This document shows, one piece after another, positions 8,172-16,864 of a DNA stretch of 34,973 nucleotides (position 1 is its first letter; each line of letters begins with the position of its first letter). The notes beneath the pieces are model-generated. The model had not been told where the DNA came from, did not search any database, and saw nothing but the letters and a program-made list of their open reading frames with translations. A program made the translations under genes and the position numbers. Source of the stretch: Leptospirales bacterium (GTDB taxonomy: Bacteria > Spirochaetota > Leptospiria > Leptospirales > Leptonemataceae); NCBI GenBank assembly GCA_014238825.1, contig JABAAI010000001.1:1-34973 (forward strand), given 5' to 3'.

Positions 8172-10487
8172 GTGTCAATAACAATTGAAAAGATTAAAAC
8201 TAATGATCAAGAAATATCGATAGAATCCGGTAAGTGGGCTAAGCAAGCCCATGGTTCTATAGTTTACCGTTCTGGAAGTCTCGTGCTTCTTGCGACTGTT
8301 TGTAGCGATAAGAAGGCCAAGGAAGGGCAGAGCTTTTTGCCTCTAACAGTTGAATATAGAGAGAAATTTTATGCTGCCGGTCGCATTCCGGGTGGATATT
8401 TCAAGCGTGAGAGTCGCCTAGCAGAGCATGAGACTCTTATGTCGCGAATTATCGACAGACCCTGTCGTCCCTTGTTTCCAGAAGGCTATTATTGTGAGAT
8501 ACAACTTTTGGTAACCATGCTATCATACGACCCTAATCAGTCAGTGGAAGGTCACGCTATTACGGCTGCCTCTGCTGCTTTAATGGTTTCGGATGTCCCA
8601 TGGGCGGGTCCAATCGCAGGTTGTTATTTGGCTTGCGTTGATGGGGAATTTATAGTCGATCCTAGTCAAGAGCAGCGTGATAAAAGTAACTTAGGTCTGC
8701 TTATTTCTGCTTCAAAAGATGCCATCACAATGATTGAAGGTAGCGCTGATGAGTATAGTAATGATGAGATGATTCGCGCCCTTGAGTTTGCTCAGACTTC
8801 TTTGGCAGATAAGCTTAAATTTCAAGAGAAGCTTGCTAAGTCCCTTGCTGTTAAAAAATATACTCCAAGTTTGCGATTACCAGATCAAAAGATTATTGAA
8901 GAGGTAGATGCCTACGCTTATGAAAAGATGGAACTGGCAAATCAGACTATGGGCAAAGAAGAACGTGAGGCTAGTATTAATAAGGTTTGTGAGGATAGCC
9001 TTGAATATTTCAAGAGTAAGCTAGAAGCCGATTCCAGAGATGATATAAACCAGTGCCTTACTGATATCAAAAACAGATTACATCATCTAGAATATTTAGT
9101 AGTAAGAGCTTTGATTTTTGAAAAAGGTCTGCGTGCTGATAAGCGTAAATCGGATGAGATCCGTGATATTAGTGTGGAAGTAGATGTTTTACCGGGGGCA
9201 CATGGCTCTGCTGTTTTCACTCGTGGTCAAACTCAATCTCTTGGAGTGGTGACCCTTGGTACTAAAATGGATAACCAGCGCTATGATAGCATAGAAGGTC
9301 TAAAATTTAAAAACTTCCTTTTACATTATAATTTTCCACCGTTTTCGGTAGGAGAGGTCAGACGCGTGATGGGACCTGGTAGGAGAGAGTTGGGACATGG
9401 TAACTTGGCTCTTCGTGCCCTAAGCTCTGTGCTACCTACGCAAGAGGATTTCCCTTATGTAGTCCGCGTTGTTTCAGAAATATTAGAGTCAAATGGCTCA
9501 TCTTCTATGGCTTCTGTTTGCTCTGGCTCCCTTTCTATGATGTCAGCTGGTGTTCCAATTAAGAGCGCTGTTGCTGGAATTGCTATGGGACTTATGAGTA
9601 ACGATAAAGGTGAGCAGGCGGTGCTTTCTGATATTGCTGGTCTTGAAGATCATTTTGGTGATATGGATTTAAAAGTAGCACGAACAGAGAAGGGGATTAC
9701 AGCCTTCCAGATGGATTTAAAAATACAGGGCATCGGTTTGGATACTCTTAAGATATCTTTGGAACAAGCAGAAAAAGGGTGCTTGCATATTCTTAAAGAG
9801 ATGAATAAAGTCTGTGCTAAGCCACGCGGAAGTGTAGCTGAGGGGGCACCACGTATCGATAGTTTATCTATTGATTCTAGTCGTATTGGTGAAATGATCG
9901 GTCCGGGTGGACGCATTATTCGTGATATTATGGAAAAGAGTGGCGCAGAGGTAAATGTAGATGATGATGGAAGTGTGATGATCGCTTCTAATTCATCAGA
10001 AGCAAATGAGAAGGCCAAGAAAATGATAAATGATCTCTTTCGAGAATTGAAAACAGGCGATGACTTTGATGGTACGGTTAAACGTGTTACAGATTATGGA
10101 GCCTTTGTTGAATTAATCGCTGGTAAGGAAGCATTGTTGCATGTATCCAAGATGTCGAATGAGCGTATTGAATCTGTATCATCTGTTTATAGTGAAGGGG
10201 ATAAGGTGCCGGTGGTTATCTTGGGTGTAGATAAGATGGGACGCATCGATCTTCGTCATCGTGATTTCACTCCAAATCCAGATGATGATCGTGCTGCTAG
10301 AGATTCTCGAGGTCCTCGCAGAGATAATAAAGACAGCAGATATCACGGTGGTCGCTCTAGGGATAATTCACGTAGCAGAGATGATAGACCTAGATTTTCT
10401 AGAGATAATAACCGAGATAATTCTCGTTCTAGATCTGATAGAGATTCTTCCAGAGCTCCTAGAACTAGTAGACCTAGCAGATCTTGA
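8172..10487 (+). CDS. pnp: Polynucleotide phosphorylase with an Arg/Ser/Asp-rich C-terminal tail
   Basis: It has two RNase PH domains, KH (IGPGGRIIRDI) and S1 (GTVKRVTDYGAFVEL) domains, and classic rpsO-pnp synteny. The track starts at TTG 8151, which has no SD. The in-frame GTG at 8172 has GGAG at 8163-8166 with 5-nt spacing and gives a typical N-terminus (SITIEKIKTNDQEISIESGKWAKQA). The tail spans about 10261-10484. Confidence 0.93.
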   Translation: MSITIEKIKTNDQEISIESGKWAKQAHGSIVYRSGSLVLLATVCSDKKAKEGQSFLPLTVEYREKFYAAGRIPGGYFKRESRLAEHETLMSRIIDRPCRPLFPEGYYCEIQLLVTMLSYDPNQSVEGHAITAASAALMVSDVPWAGPIAGCYLACVDGEFIVDPSQEQRDKSNLGLLISASKDAITMIEGSADEYSNDEMIRALEFAQTSLADKLKFQEKLAKSLAVKKYTPSLRLPDQKIIEEVDAYAYEKMELANQTMGKEEREASINKVCEDSLEYFKSKLEADSRDDINQCLTDIKNRLHHLEYLVVRALIFEKGLRADKRKSDEIRDISVEVDVLPGAHGSAVFTRGQTQSLGVVTLGTKMDNQRYDSIEGLKFKNFLLHYNFPPFSVGEVRRVMGPGRRELGHGNLALRALSSVLPTQEDFPYVVRVVSEILESNGSSSMASVCSGSLSMMSAGVPIKSAVAGIAMGLMSNDKGEQAVLSDIAGLEDHFGDMDLKVARTEKGITAFQMDLKIQGIGLDTLKISLEQAEKGCLHILKEMNKVCAKPRGSVAEGAPRIDSLSIDSSRIGEMIGPGGRIIRDIMEKSGAEVNVDDDGSVMIASNSSEANEKAKKMINDLFRELKTGDDFDGTVKRVTDYGAFVELIAGKEALLHVSKMSNERIESVSSVYSEGDKVPVVILGVDKMGRIDLRHRDFTPNPDDDRAARDSRGPRRDNKDSRYHGGRSRDNSRSRDDRPRFSRDNNRDNSRSRSDRDSSRAPRTSRPSRS

Positions 10488-10518
10488 TAAAATAAACTAA
10501 AAAAGGAGCTAGGAATTA

Positions 10519-11001
10519 TTGGATAAAATTCCGCAAGTTAAAATACATCGAGCCTTGGGAGCCGAGCTTCCTGTTCGTGCTACTCCCGCCTCTGCTGCTT
10601 TGGATATCCATGCTTGCCTGCCTCCTGATACAGTCTGTAATATTGAAGTTGGTCAACGGATGCTCATACCAACTGGTCTCCAATTTGAAATTCCTGGAGG
10701 TTATTTTATTTCAATTCGTCCTCGCTCTGGACTGGCTTTTAAGCAAGGGCTTTGTTTGCCAAACGCTCCGGGCACAATAGATAGTGATTATCGAGGTGAA
10801 TTAAAAATACTAGTCGCAAATTTTGCAATTTTTTCTAAAGTGAAAACTATAGAAATTAGGCATGGAGATCGCATCGCTCAAATGTTATTAGAAAAGCAAG
10901 AGAACTTTTCTTGGCTAGAATCTGACGAGCCTTTTTCTAAAACTAAGACAGAACGAGGTGATGGTGGCTTTGGTAGTACTGGTACTAGTCTTTTGTGCTA
11001 G
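10519..11001 (+). CDS. dut: dUTP diphosphatase (dUTPase)
   Basis: 160 aa. Motifs are ASAALDI, IRPRSGLA, GTIDSDYRGEL, RIAQM and GFGSTG. It uses a TTG start with an AGGAG SD about 10 nt upstream (10504-10508). Confidence 0.9.
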   Translation: MDKIPQVKIHRALGAELPVRATPASAALDIHACLPPDTVCNIEVGQRMLIPTGLQFEIPGGYFISIRPRSGLAFKQGLCLPNAPGTIDSDYRGELKILVANFAIFSKVKTIEIRHGDRIAQMLLEKQENFSWLESDEPFSKTKTERGDGGFGSTGTSLLC

Positions 11002-11017
11002 CTAGTGCAGGTATTTG

Positions 11018-12361
11018 CTATAACTTACTTTTTGTTTTGTTTTTGTAAATTTTACTCACCTCTGCTACAAAAGAGCCATCAGCTAAAGTCACTTTTAGAT
11101 TGTCATTTGTTTGTATTTCATTTATTGATCGTATACTTTTATTCTTTTTATTATGTATAATAGCATAGCCACGTTTAAGGGTGGCGACCATATTACAAGT
11201 TTCTAAACGCTCTTTTATAATTTCGTGTTGTTTTAGCTTTTTAGCTAAAAGCTTTTCGTAGAGCATTGCAGGCAGAAAACGAAAACGTTCATAATCATTG
11301 TACGCTCTTTGGCAATTGATTTTAATAGCTTGGTTTATATTCTTTTTCAAGTGATCTAAATTTTGCCAACGGTCTCTTAAGATACTAAGGGGATCTTCAA
11401 AAATACTAGTGGCGTGTAAGTAACGGAGTCTTTCTCTATATTCTAGGCAGTGCCTCTCTAAATATTCTTGTAAGCGAATCTTTGTTTTTAATAAAAACTG
11501 AGCGATAGTCATTATATCAGGAACGAGCATTTCTGCTGCTATAGACGGGGTAGGTGCAGCCTTATCTGCTATTAGATCACTTAGCGGGCTGTCAATTTCA
11601 TGACCTACAGCAGAAATAATGGGGAGTCGAGATTTAAAAATAACGCGCAGTAATTTTTCATCATTAAAAGCAAGCAAGTCTTCAAAAGAACCACCACCTC
11701 GACCTACTATAATCGCATCTACTTTTAGCTCCGATTTTTGTAGAATTTCTACTGCATTACAAATTGATTGAACGGCTCCTTCTCCTTGGACTTTGCAGGG
11801 GGCAAGAATAATGTTTATATTAGGATAGCGATTTATTGCAACGCGTAAAATGTCCTGGATCGCAGCACCAGTAGCTGCGGTTGCAATTCCTAAGGTTCTT
11901 ATTAGTTGTGGCAGTTCTTTTTTATGATGAGCATCGAAGAGCCCTTCTTGGTCTATCTTTTTTTTAAGAGCTTCTATTTTTAGTCTAAGCTCTCCCTCTC
12001 CTATGGGCATTAAGCTTTGGACATTAAATTGATATTCACCACGAGCTTGGTATAGGCTAATGCTTCCAAATACTAAGATTTGTGAGCCGTTTGCAAGCGG
12101 GGTTTGCCGGTATCTTATATTACTGCCCTTAAAAAAAGTGCAACGAATTTGGGAGAGTTTATCTTTGAGTGAGAAATAAATATGACCGCTACTATGTCGT
12201 GTTAGATTAAATACTTCGCCTTCAATCCAAATTGAGAGGAGACCTTTATCAGATTGTAAGCGACGACGAATTAATTCATTGATTTGATTTACGCTATACG
12301 CTTTTATTTTTTTATTGCTTGAGTCATTATCCACTAGCTCATTTTTTGTACCTGTAGCCAA
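11018..12361 (-). CDS. xseA: Exodeoxyribonuclease VII large subunit
   Basis: 447 aa. It has an N-terminal OB fold (YSVNQINELIRRRLQ...IWIEGEVFNLTRHSSGHIYFSLKD), the catalytic core RGGGSFEDLLAFNDE and PIISAVGHEIDSPLSDLIAD, and a C-terminal coiled coil. It uses a TTG start. No xseB is adjacent. Confidence 0.9.
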   Translation of the reverse strand: MATGTKNELVDNDSSNKKIKAYSVNQINELIRRRLQSDKGLLSIWIEGEVFNLTRHSSGHIYFSLKDKLSQIRCTFFKGSNIRYRQTPLANGSQILVFGSISLYQARGEYQFNVQSLMPIGEGELRLKIEALKKKIDQEGLFDAHHKKELPQLIRTLGIATAATGAAIQDILRVAINRYPNINIILAPCKVQGEGAVQSICNAVEILQKSELKVDAIIVGRGGGSFEDLLAFNDEKLLRVIFKSRLPIISAVGHEIDSPLSDLIADKAAPTPSIAAEMLVPDIMTIAQFLLKTKIRLQEYLERHCLEYRERLRYLHATSIFEDPLSILRDRWQNLDHLKKNINQAIKINCQRAYNDYERFRFLPAMLYEKLLAKKLKQHEIIKERLETCNMVATLKRGYAIIHNKKNKSIRSINEIQTNDNLKVTLADGSFVAEVSKIYKNKTKSKL

Positions 12362-12400
12362 ATGAAAATTTTCCTTTTATTTAATGTGTTAATGTGCTGG

Positions 12401-13684
12401 TTACGTTTTTTTGAGAGAGAGTAATTTTTCTTGTCTTTTTTTGCATGTCTCTAAATAAAATTCTTGTGGTGGAGCAGATATCTCTCTTTGCTCTAAACTT
12501 AACTTGCGAGCCCAACGCCTTTCCGTATACTCACAAATGTCTTCTATGTCACGACCAGCTAGTCCCTTTGAATATTCTGCTAATTTTTCTAAGTTAGAAG
12601 CATCTATATGAGCGGCATAGTTATGAAAAATTAAAGAGCGCTCATCCTTGCTTGGTAAAGGGAAATGAATTATGGTGTCAAAGCGTGAGATTAGGGCTGG
12701 GTCCAAGTCTTCTGTTCTGTTTGTGGCACCAATCATTAAAAGACCTTCTTTTTTTTCAAAGCCATCTAATTTTATCAAAAGCACAGAGAGGAGGCGACGC
12801 GTCGCTTCGAAGAGTCCTTTCTCTCTTGAAGTTGCTAGGGCATCTATTTCATCCACAAATATAATTGCTTTTTGATAGAGTAGTGCTGTATCAAAAATCC
12901 GTGCTAAATTTTGAGCCGATTCTCCATAGTATTTACTTAGTATGTTTTCAATAGGGATATAGATAATGGGAATATTTGTCTCTTGTCCAATGAGGCGAGC
13001 GACTGTAGTTTTACCTACACCGGCTGGTCCTTGGAAGAGTACTGCTTGTGAGAGATTTTGTGCTTGTAAACCACGAGTCGCTTGAGCAACTCCTTTAAAT
13101 ATTGCAGGATTTTTTAATGGCAGTATAACGCTTTCCCATACTTCTTCTTGGACACTATCATAGCCGACAAAATTCTTAAAGCCAGAATTGTTTGTATCGG
13201 GAGTATAGACTAAGGCACCCAAGTCTTCTAGGGTTGCACGGGGGTTGGTTTTTTTAAGGCTAGGATGAAAAAGAGAGAAAAGTTCAATGCAACTTTGGAC
13301 CTCATTCTCTCTAAAATTACTTGATTTTTGAATCTCTAGTTTCTTTTTCTGTGTTAGTGAAATAAACTTGAAACGTATTCCTTGGTTGACGTTCGTATAT
13401 GGTGCACCTAAGCTACCAGCATCTTGCACTATAATATAACCCGATTCAAATGTATGGATTCGCACGCTTTCCATGTGTTTTGTAATTATTTCTAAGGCAT
13501 AATAAAAAAGTTTTTCATCGATGGAATCGACAAGGAAAGAAAGGATAGTATTTCCTTTTTCAAAATATAATTTAGGTAACTTTGTAATTTGTTGTTGGCT
13601 TGTTTTAAGATATGCTGCTATTCTACTCTCTATCTGTTCTTGAGCGATGGCAAAGTCGAGTTCCTTTGTTTGAATTTTATTCAT
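12401..13684 (-). CDS. AAA+ ATPase (classic clade, single ATPase module) with an uncharacterised roughly 200-aa N-terminal domain
   Basis: 427 aa. It has Walker A (GPAGVGKTT), Walker B (IIFVDEIDAL) and a second region of homology (IGATNRTEDLDPALISRFD). Its ATG lies 1 nt after the lipA stop, which suggests an operon with translational coupling. Confidence 0.8.
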   Translation of the reverse strand: MNKIQTKELDFAIAQEQIESRIAAYLKTSQQQITKLPKLYFEKGNTILSFLVDSIDEKLFYYALEIITKHMESVRIHTFESGYIIVQDAGSLGAPYTNVNQGIRFKFISLTQKKKLEIQKSSNFRENEVQSCIELFSLFHPSLKKTNPRATLEDLGALVYTPDTNNSGFKNFVGYDSVQEEVWESVILPLKNPAIFKGVAQATRGLQAQNLSQAVLFQGPAGVGKTTVARLIGQETNIPIIYIPIENILSKYYGESAQNLARIFDTALLYQKAIIFVDEIDALATSREKGLFEATRRLLSVLLIKLDGFEKKEGLLMIGATNRTEDLDPALISRFDTIIHFPLPSKDERSLIFHNYAAHIDASNLEKLAEYSKGLAGRDIEDICEYTERRWARKLSLEQREISAPPQEFYLETCKKRQEKLLSLKKT

Positions 13685-13685
13685 T

Positions 13686-14594
13686 TTATTTATTAGCTAA
13701 TTTTATTTGATTATAATAATTCTCAAAACTTTCCTTAGCGTGATAAGAAGAACGTACTAAGGGTCCAGATTCAACATAGCCAATGCCTCTATCGATTGCG
13801 TATTCTTTTAAGGCTGCAAACTGATTTAAGGGTATGTATGCTTTGAGAGGACTATGTTTTGAGCTTGGTCTTAGATATTGTCCGATGGTTAAAATAGAAA
13901 CACCGCTATCTGCTAGGTCACTTATAAGTTCTTGGCACTCCTCAAAACTTTCACCCAGACCTAATATCAAACCGCTTTTAGTGATAAACTTAGCCTGCTT
14001 AGAAAGCTCTAATACGTGGAGTGAATTTTTATAATTTGATTGAGGGCAGATGCTTCGATACAAGGAAGGGACTGTTTCTATATTATGATTAATAATCTCA
14101 GGGCCTGCTTGCCAAATTCGTTCTAGATTTTCAATCCTTGCCTTAAAATCTGGGATTAGCACTTCAATGCGCGTCAGGGGATTTTTTTCCCGCACCCTTT
14201 TAATTACTTGAGCAAAGTGTGTGCTACCGCAATCTTTTAGATCGTCTCTATCAACTGATGTGATGACGATATGCCTAAGTTTCATTTCAAAAACAGCTTG
14301 AGCTAAGTTTTCTGGCTCTTGAGGATCTAGAGGAGAAGGGCGGCCTGTCTTAATATTACAAAAACCACAACGACGAGTGCATTGTTTACCTAAAATCATA
14401 AAAGTAGCTGTTCCTTCTGACCAGCAGTGAGCAAGATTTGGGCAAGCCGCTTCTTGGCAGACTGTATTTAGTTTCTTGCTTTCGATTATTTGACGTGTTT
14501 TGCTCGCTTTTAATTGTTCAGTGGTACTGAGGCGTAGCTTTACTTTTAAACTAGACGGCACTGTCGGTAAAGAATAGTTTGACATGTAAAGCAT
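13686..14594 (-). CDS. lipA: Lipoyl synthase (radical SAM)
   Basis: 302 aa. It has the auxiliary cluster motif CQEAACPNLAHCW and the radical-SAM motif CTRRCGFCNI. The C-terminal RSSYHA is typical of LipA. Confidence 0.9.
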   Translation of the reverse strand: MLYMSNYSLPTVPSSLKVKLRLSTTEQLKASKTRQIIESKKLNTVCQEAACPNLAHCWSEGTATFMILGKQCTRRCGFCNIKTGRPSPLDPQEPENLAQAVFEMKLRHIVITSVDRDDLKDCGSTHFAQVIKRVREKNPLTRIEVLIPDFKARIENLERIWQAGPEIINHNIETVPSLYRSICPQSNYKNSLHVLELSKQAKFITKSGLILGLGESFEECQELISDLADSGVSILTIGQYLRPSSKHSPLKAYIPLNQFAALKEYAIDRGIGYVESGPLVRSSYHAKESFENYYNQIKLANK

Positions 14595-14679
14595 TCTTTA
14601 AAGCTTTAGTTATCTTGCCAAGTAAAAAAGACTTGACTAGTTGTGTGATTAAATAAAGCTGAGAGTAGAGGCCATTTAG

Positions 14680-15168
14680 TTGAAGACTGCAATTTATCCC
14701 GGCTCATTTGATCCTGTAACTAATGGTCATTTAGATGTGATTAAAAGGGCAGGCTCTCTTTTTGATCATCTTATAGTTGGCATTGCTTATAATTCTAATA
14801 AGCAAACTCTCTTTAGTATTGAAGAAAGGTTAAATTTACTTAAAGAGACTCTCAAAGATGTACCGCATGTAGAGGTAATTTATTTTTCAACGCTACTTGT
14901 TGACTTCGTGCGGGAGAGAAAAGCCTGTGCTATTATTAGAGGTCTTAGGGCAATGAGTGATTATGATTATGAATGTGCGATGTACCAAGTAAATATTGAA
15001 ATGTGCCCTGAGGTAGAAACGGTCTTCTTGCTTGCATCTAGTGAATACTCTTTTTTATCTAGCACTATCGTAAAGGAGTTTGCTCGGCATGGTAAAAGCT
15101 TGGATAAATACATTCCTAAGCAAGTAAGACGGGCTCTGCTAAATAAATTCCAAAACGTTAAACAATAA
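14680..15168 (+). CDS. coaD: Phosphopantetheine adenylyltransferase
   Basis: 162 aa. The sequence MKTAIYPGSFDPVTNGHLDVIKRA is the invariant CoaD N-terminus, which forces the TTG at 14680 as the start. RGLRAMSDYDYE and SSTIVKE are also present. Confidence 0.9.
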   Translation: MKTAIYPGSFDPVTNGHLDVIKRAGSLFDHLIVGIAYNSNKQTLFSIEERLNLLKETLKDVPHVEVIYFSTLLVDFVRERKACAIIRGLRAMSDYDYECAMYQVNIEMCPEVETVFLLASSEYSFLSSTIVKEFARHGKSLDKYIPKQVRRALLNKFQNVKQ

Positions 15169-15174
15169 AATAAT

Positions 15175-15218
15175 AAAAAAAAAGTACTAGTAGCTGTATT
15201 AGTTTTAGCTAAGTACTT
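15175..15218 (-). terminator. Rho-independent terminator for the vWA gene (minus strand)
   Basis: Hairpin stems are AAGTACT(AG)TAGCT at 15182-15195 and AGCTAAGTACTT at 15207-15218, giving 12 bp with a 2-nt bulge and an 11-nt loop. On the minus strand a run of 9 U follows (A9 at 15175-15183). It lies directly after the vWA stop at 15222. Confidence 0.55.
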
Positions 15219-15221
15219 AAA

Positions 15222-16793
15222 TTACAGCTTTGATATAGTAGAATACTTTTCTATTAGTTCTTTATATTCAATACAAATATTTGAGGTACAGCTACTATAA
15301 TATGTACTGAATATATCAGTTGCTTCAGAAGGCTCAATTTTTTTTCCTATAACTTGGTTTAGCAAATAAACAGCTTCAGCATCACTAATATTTTTATCTT
15401 CTACATTTGAACCGGTCATTGTCTCTACTGTATCCTCCAGTGAAGGACTTAAAGTTGTTCCCGGGTTAGTCGGATCTTCATAATATATAGTAATCTTAAA
15501 TTTATCAGTGCTAGTTGGACTTGTGTCAGAAGTAAATACTTCGTAAAAATATTGACTCGTGTTATAAGAAAAGTTTGTGTCTTGCACATCGTTGCTATTT
15601 TCAGAACTCTCTTCGCTCGCAGTTGATTTACGAGTAAATTTTGCTGGATAATCCAAGCGAAATTTTACTTTTTGAGCGGCCACCGATACCAATGCCACAA
15701 ATCCTTCGCCAAAAACTTTTGCGGCATCTGCTTTTGTGATCAGAGAGAAGTATGCACCCTTACCCCTTTCTGTTAATTCATTCAGAAATGCTTCGTTAAA
15801 GCCGGCACCTATTCCTAGACCAGAAAAGAAAACACCTTCTGCATTATTATGCTCTGTATGACCTGCGACAACGCTACTGTCAACTTCACCAATATTTGCA
15901 TAAGCATCGGTAAGCATAATCAGTCTGTTGGACTTATTTGAATCGTATGTACTCCAAGCAACTTCGTAACCCTTCGTAATACCACTATTAAGGTCTGTAC
16001 CACCATTTGCTACTAAGTTATTGATTTCTGGAGTAAAACTAGTTGCTAAGTTAGCATGGCTGATACCTTGAGCTATGACAACAGCATGACTATTGAATGT
16101 TATTAGATTAACGATATCTCCGTCTTTTAGAGAATCTGGTAGTAATTCTAGACCAGATTTTACTAATTCCAGTAAGCTATAAGAGTTATTGCTATCACCC
16201 CTAAAGCCAGCAGAGTCCTTCATAGATCCTGATACATCAACTACAAGGGTGATAACAACATTTTTTCTTGTTATTTTAGTTTTCTCAGGTCCAATTACAT
16301 GAACGCCTAATCGATACTCGTCCGGTTCATTCATAACACTTCGCTTTTTTAATCCCATAGAAACTTTAAATATTCCTAGAGCCGTAAAGCTTGAATCTGT
16401 ACTGTCGAAATTTTCGAAACTTAGATACTCCCAAGGCCTTGCTAATTGTGTTGAGGGGAGAGCGTTATTGTTCAGTTGCTCTTTAGCAAGGTTTACCGCA
16501 GCGACACTAGCCGAATCATCATAGCTAAAATAAAAAGTTTTATCTTGACTGCCATCACCATCTATTTCCACTTCATCTGGAAATGTTTCAGGTGTTTCAG
16601 GTATATAGACGGCCGAGACACCTCCAGAAGCATCTGAATCACTATGACTATCAGCACCACAAGCAATTATATTTAAAATAAGTACGAGAGCTATCATTAT
16701 CAAGGAAGCTTTAATGAAGCTGAACTTAGTTCTTAGCTCCTTGGTTTCATAAACCGGATCCACATATTCTCTATTTTTCATGTATTCTTTCAT
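15222..16793 (-). CDS. YfbK-like von Willebrand factor A domain lipoprotein
   Basis: 523 aa. It has a hydrophobic segment with lipobox-like NIIAC|G and a vWA-N2-like segment (FYFSYDDSASVAAVNLAKEQLNNNALP...WEYLSFENFD). The vWA domain has a complete MIDAS (DVSGSM, NGGTD, LTDAYANIG). A C-terminal beta-rich region follows. Confidence 0.8.
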   Translation of the reverse strand: MKEYMKNREYVDPVYETKELRTKFSFIKASLIMIALVLILNIIACGADSHSDSDASGGVSAVYIPETPETFPDEVEIDGDGSQDKTFYFSYDDSASVAAVNLAKEQLNNNALPSTQLARPWEYLSFENFDSTDSSFTALGIFKVSMGLKKRSVMNEPDEYRLGVHVIGPEKTKITRKNVVITLVVDVSGSMKDSAGFRGDSNNSYSLLELVKSGLELLPDSLKDGDIVNLITFNSHAVVIAQGISHANLATSFTPEINNLVANGGTDLNSGITKGYEVAWSTYDSNKSNRLIMLTDAYANIGEVDSSVVAGHTEHNNAEGVFFSGLGIGAGFNEAFLNELTERGKGAYFSLITKADAAKVFGEGFVALVSVAAQKVKFRLDYPAKFTRKSTASEESSENSNDVQDTNFSYNTSQYFYEVFTSDTSPTSTDKFKITIYYEDPTNPGTTLSPSLEDTVETMTGSNVEDKNISDAEAVYLLNQVIGKKIEPSEATDIFSTYYSSCTSNICIEYKELIEKYSTISKL

Positions 16794-16864
16794 ATATAAT
16801 CTCCCCTATTTGAATTTAATAAAGGCATGCTACATGCATATAAATTATATGTCAAATTTTTTTT

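Noticed and set aside
10261-10500. 79-aa alternative-frame ORF overlapping the pnp tail.
   Set aside because: It arises from the repetitive AGA, GAT and TCT codons of the tail. The pnp frame is continuous with the S1 domain and explains the region.
12401-16793. AAA+ ATPase plus vWA protein as a MoxR-vWA chaperone pair.
   Set aside because: The ATPase is classic-clade (an SRH of the FtsH/Cdc48 type), not MoxR. The two genes are separated by lipA and an opposite-strand coaD, and the vWA gene has its own terminator.
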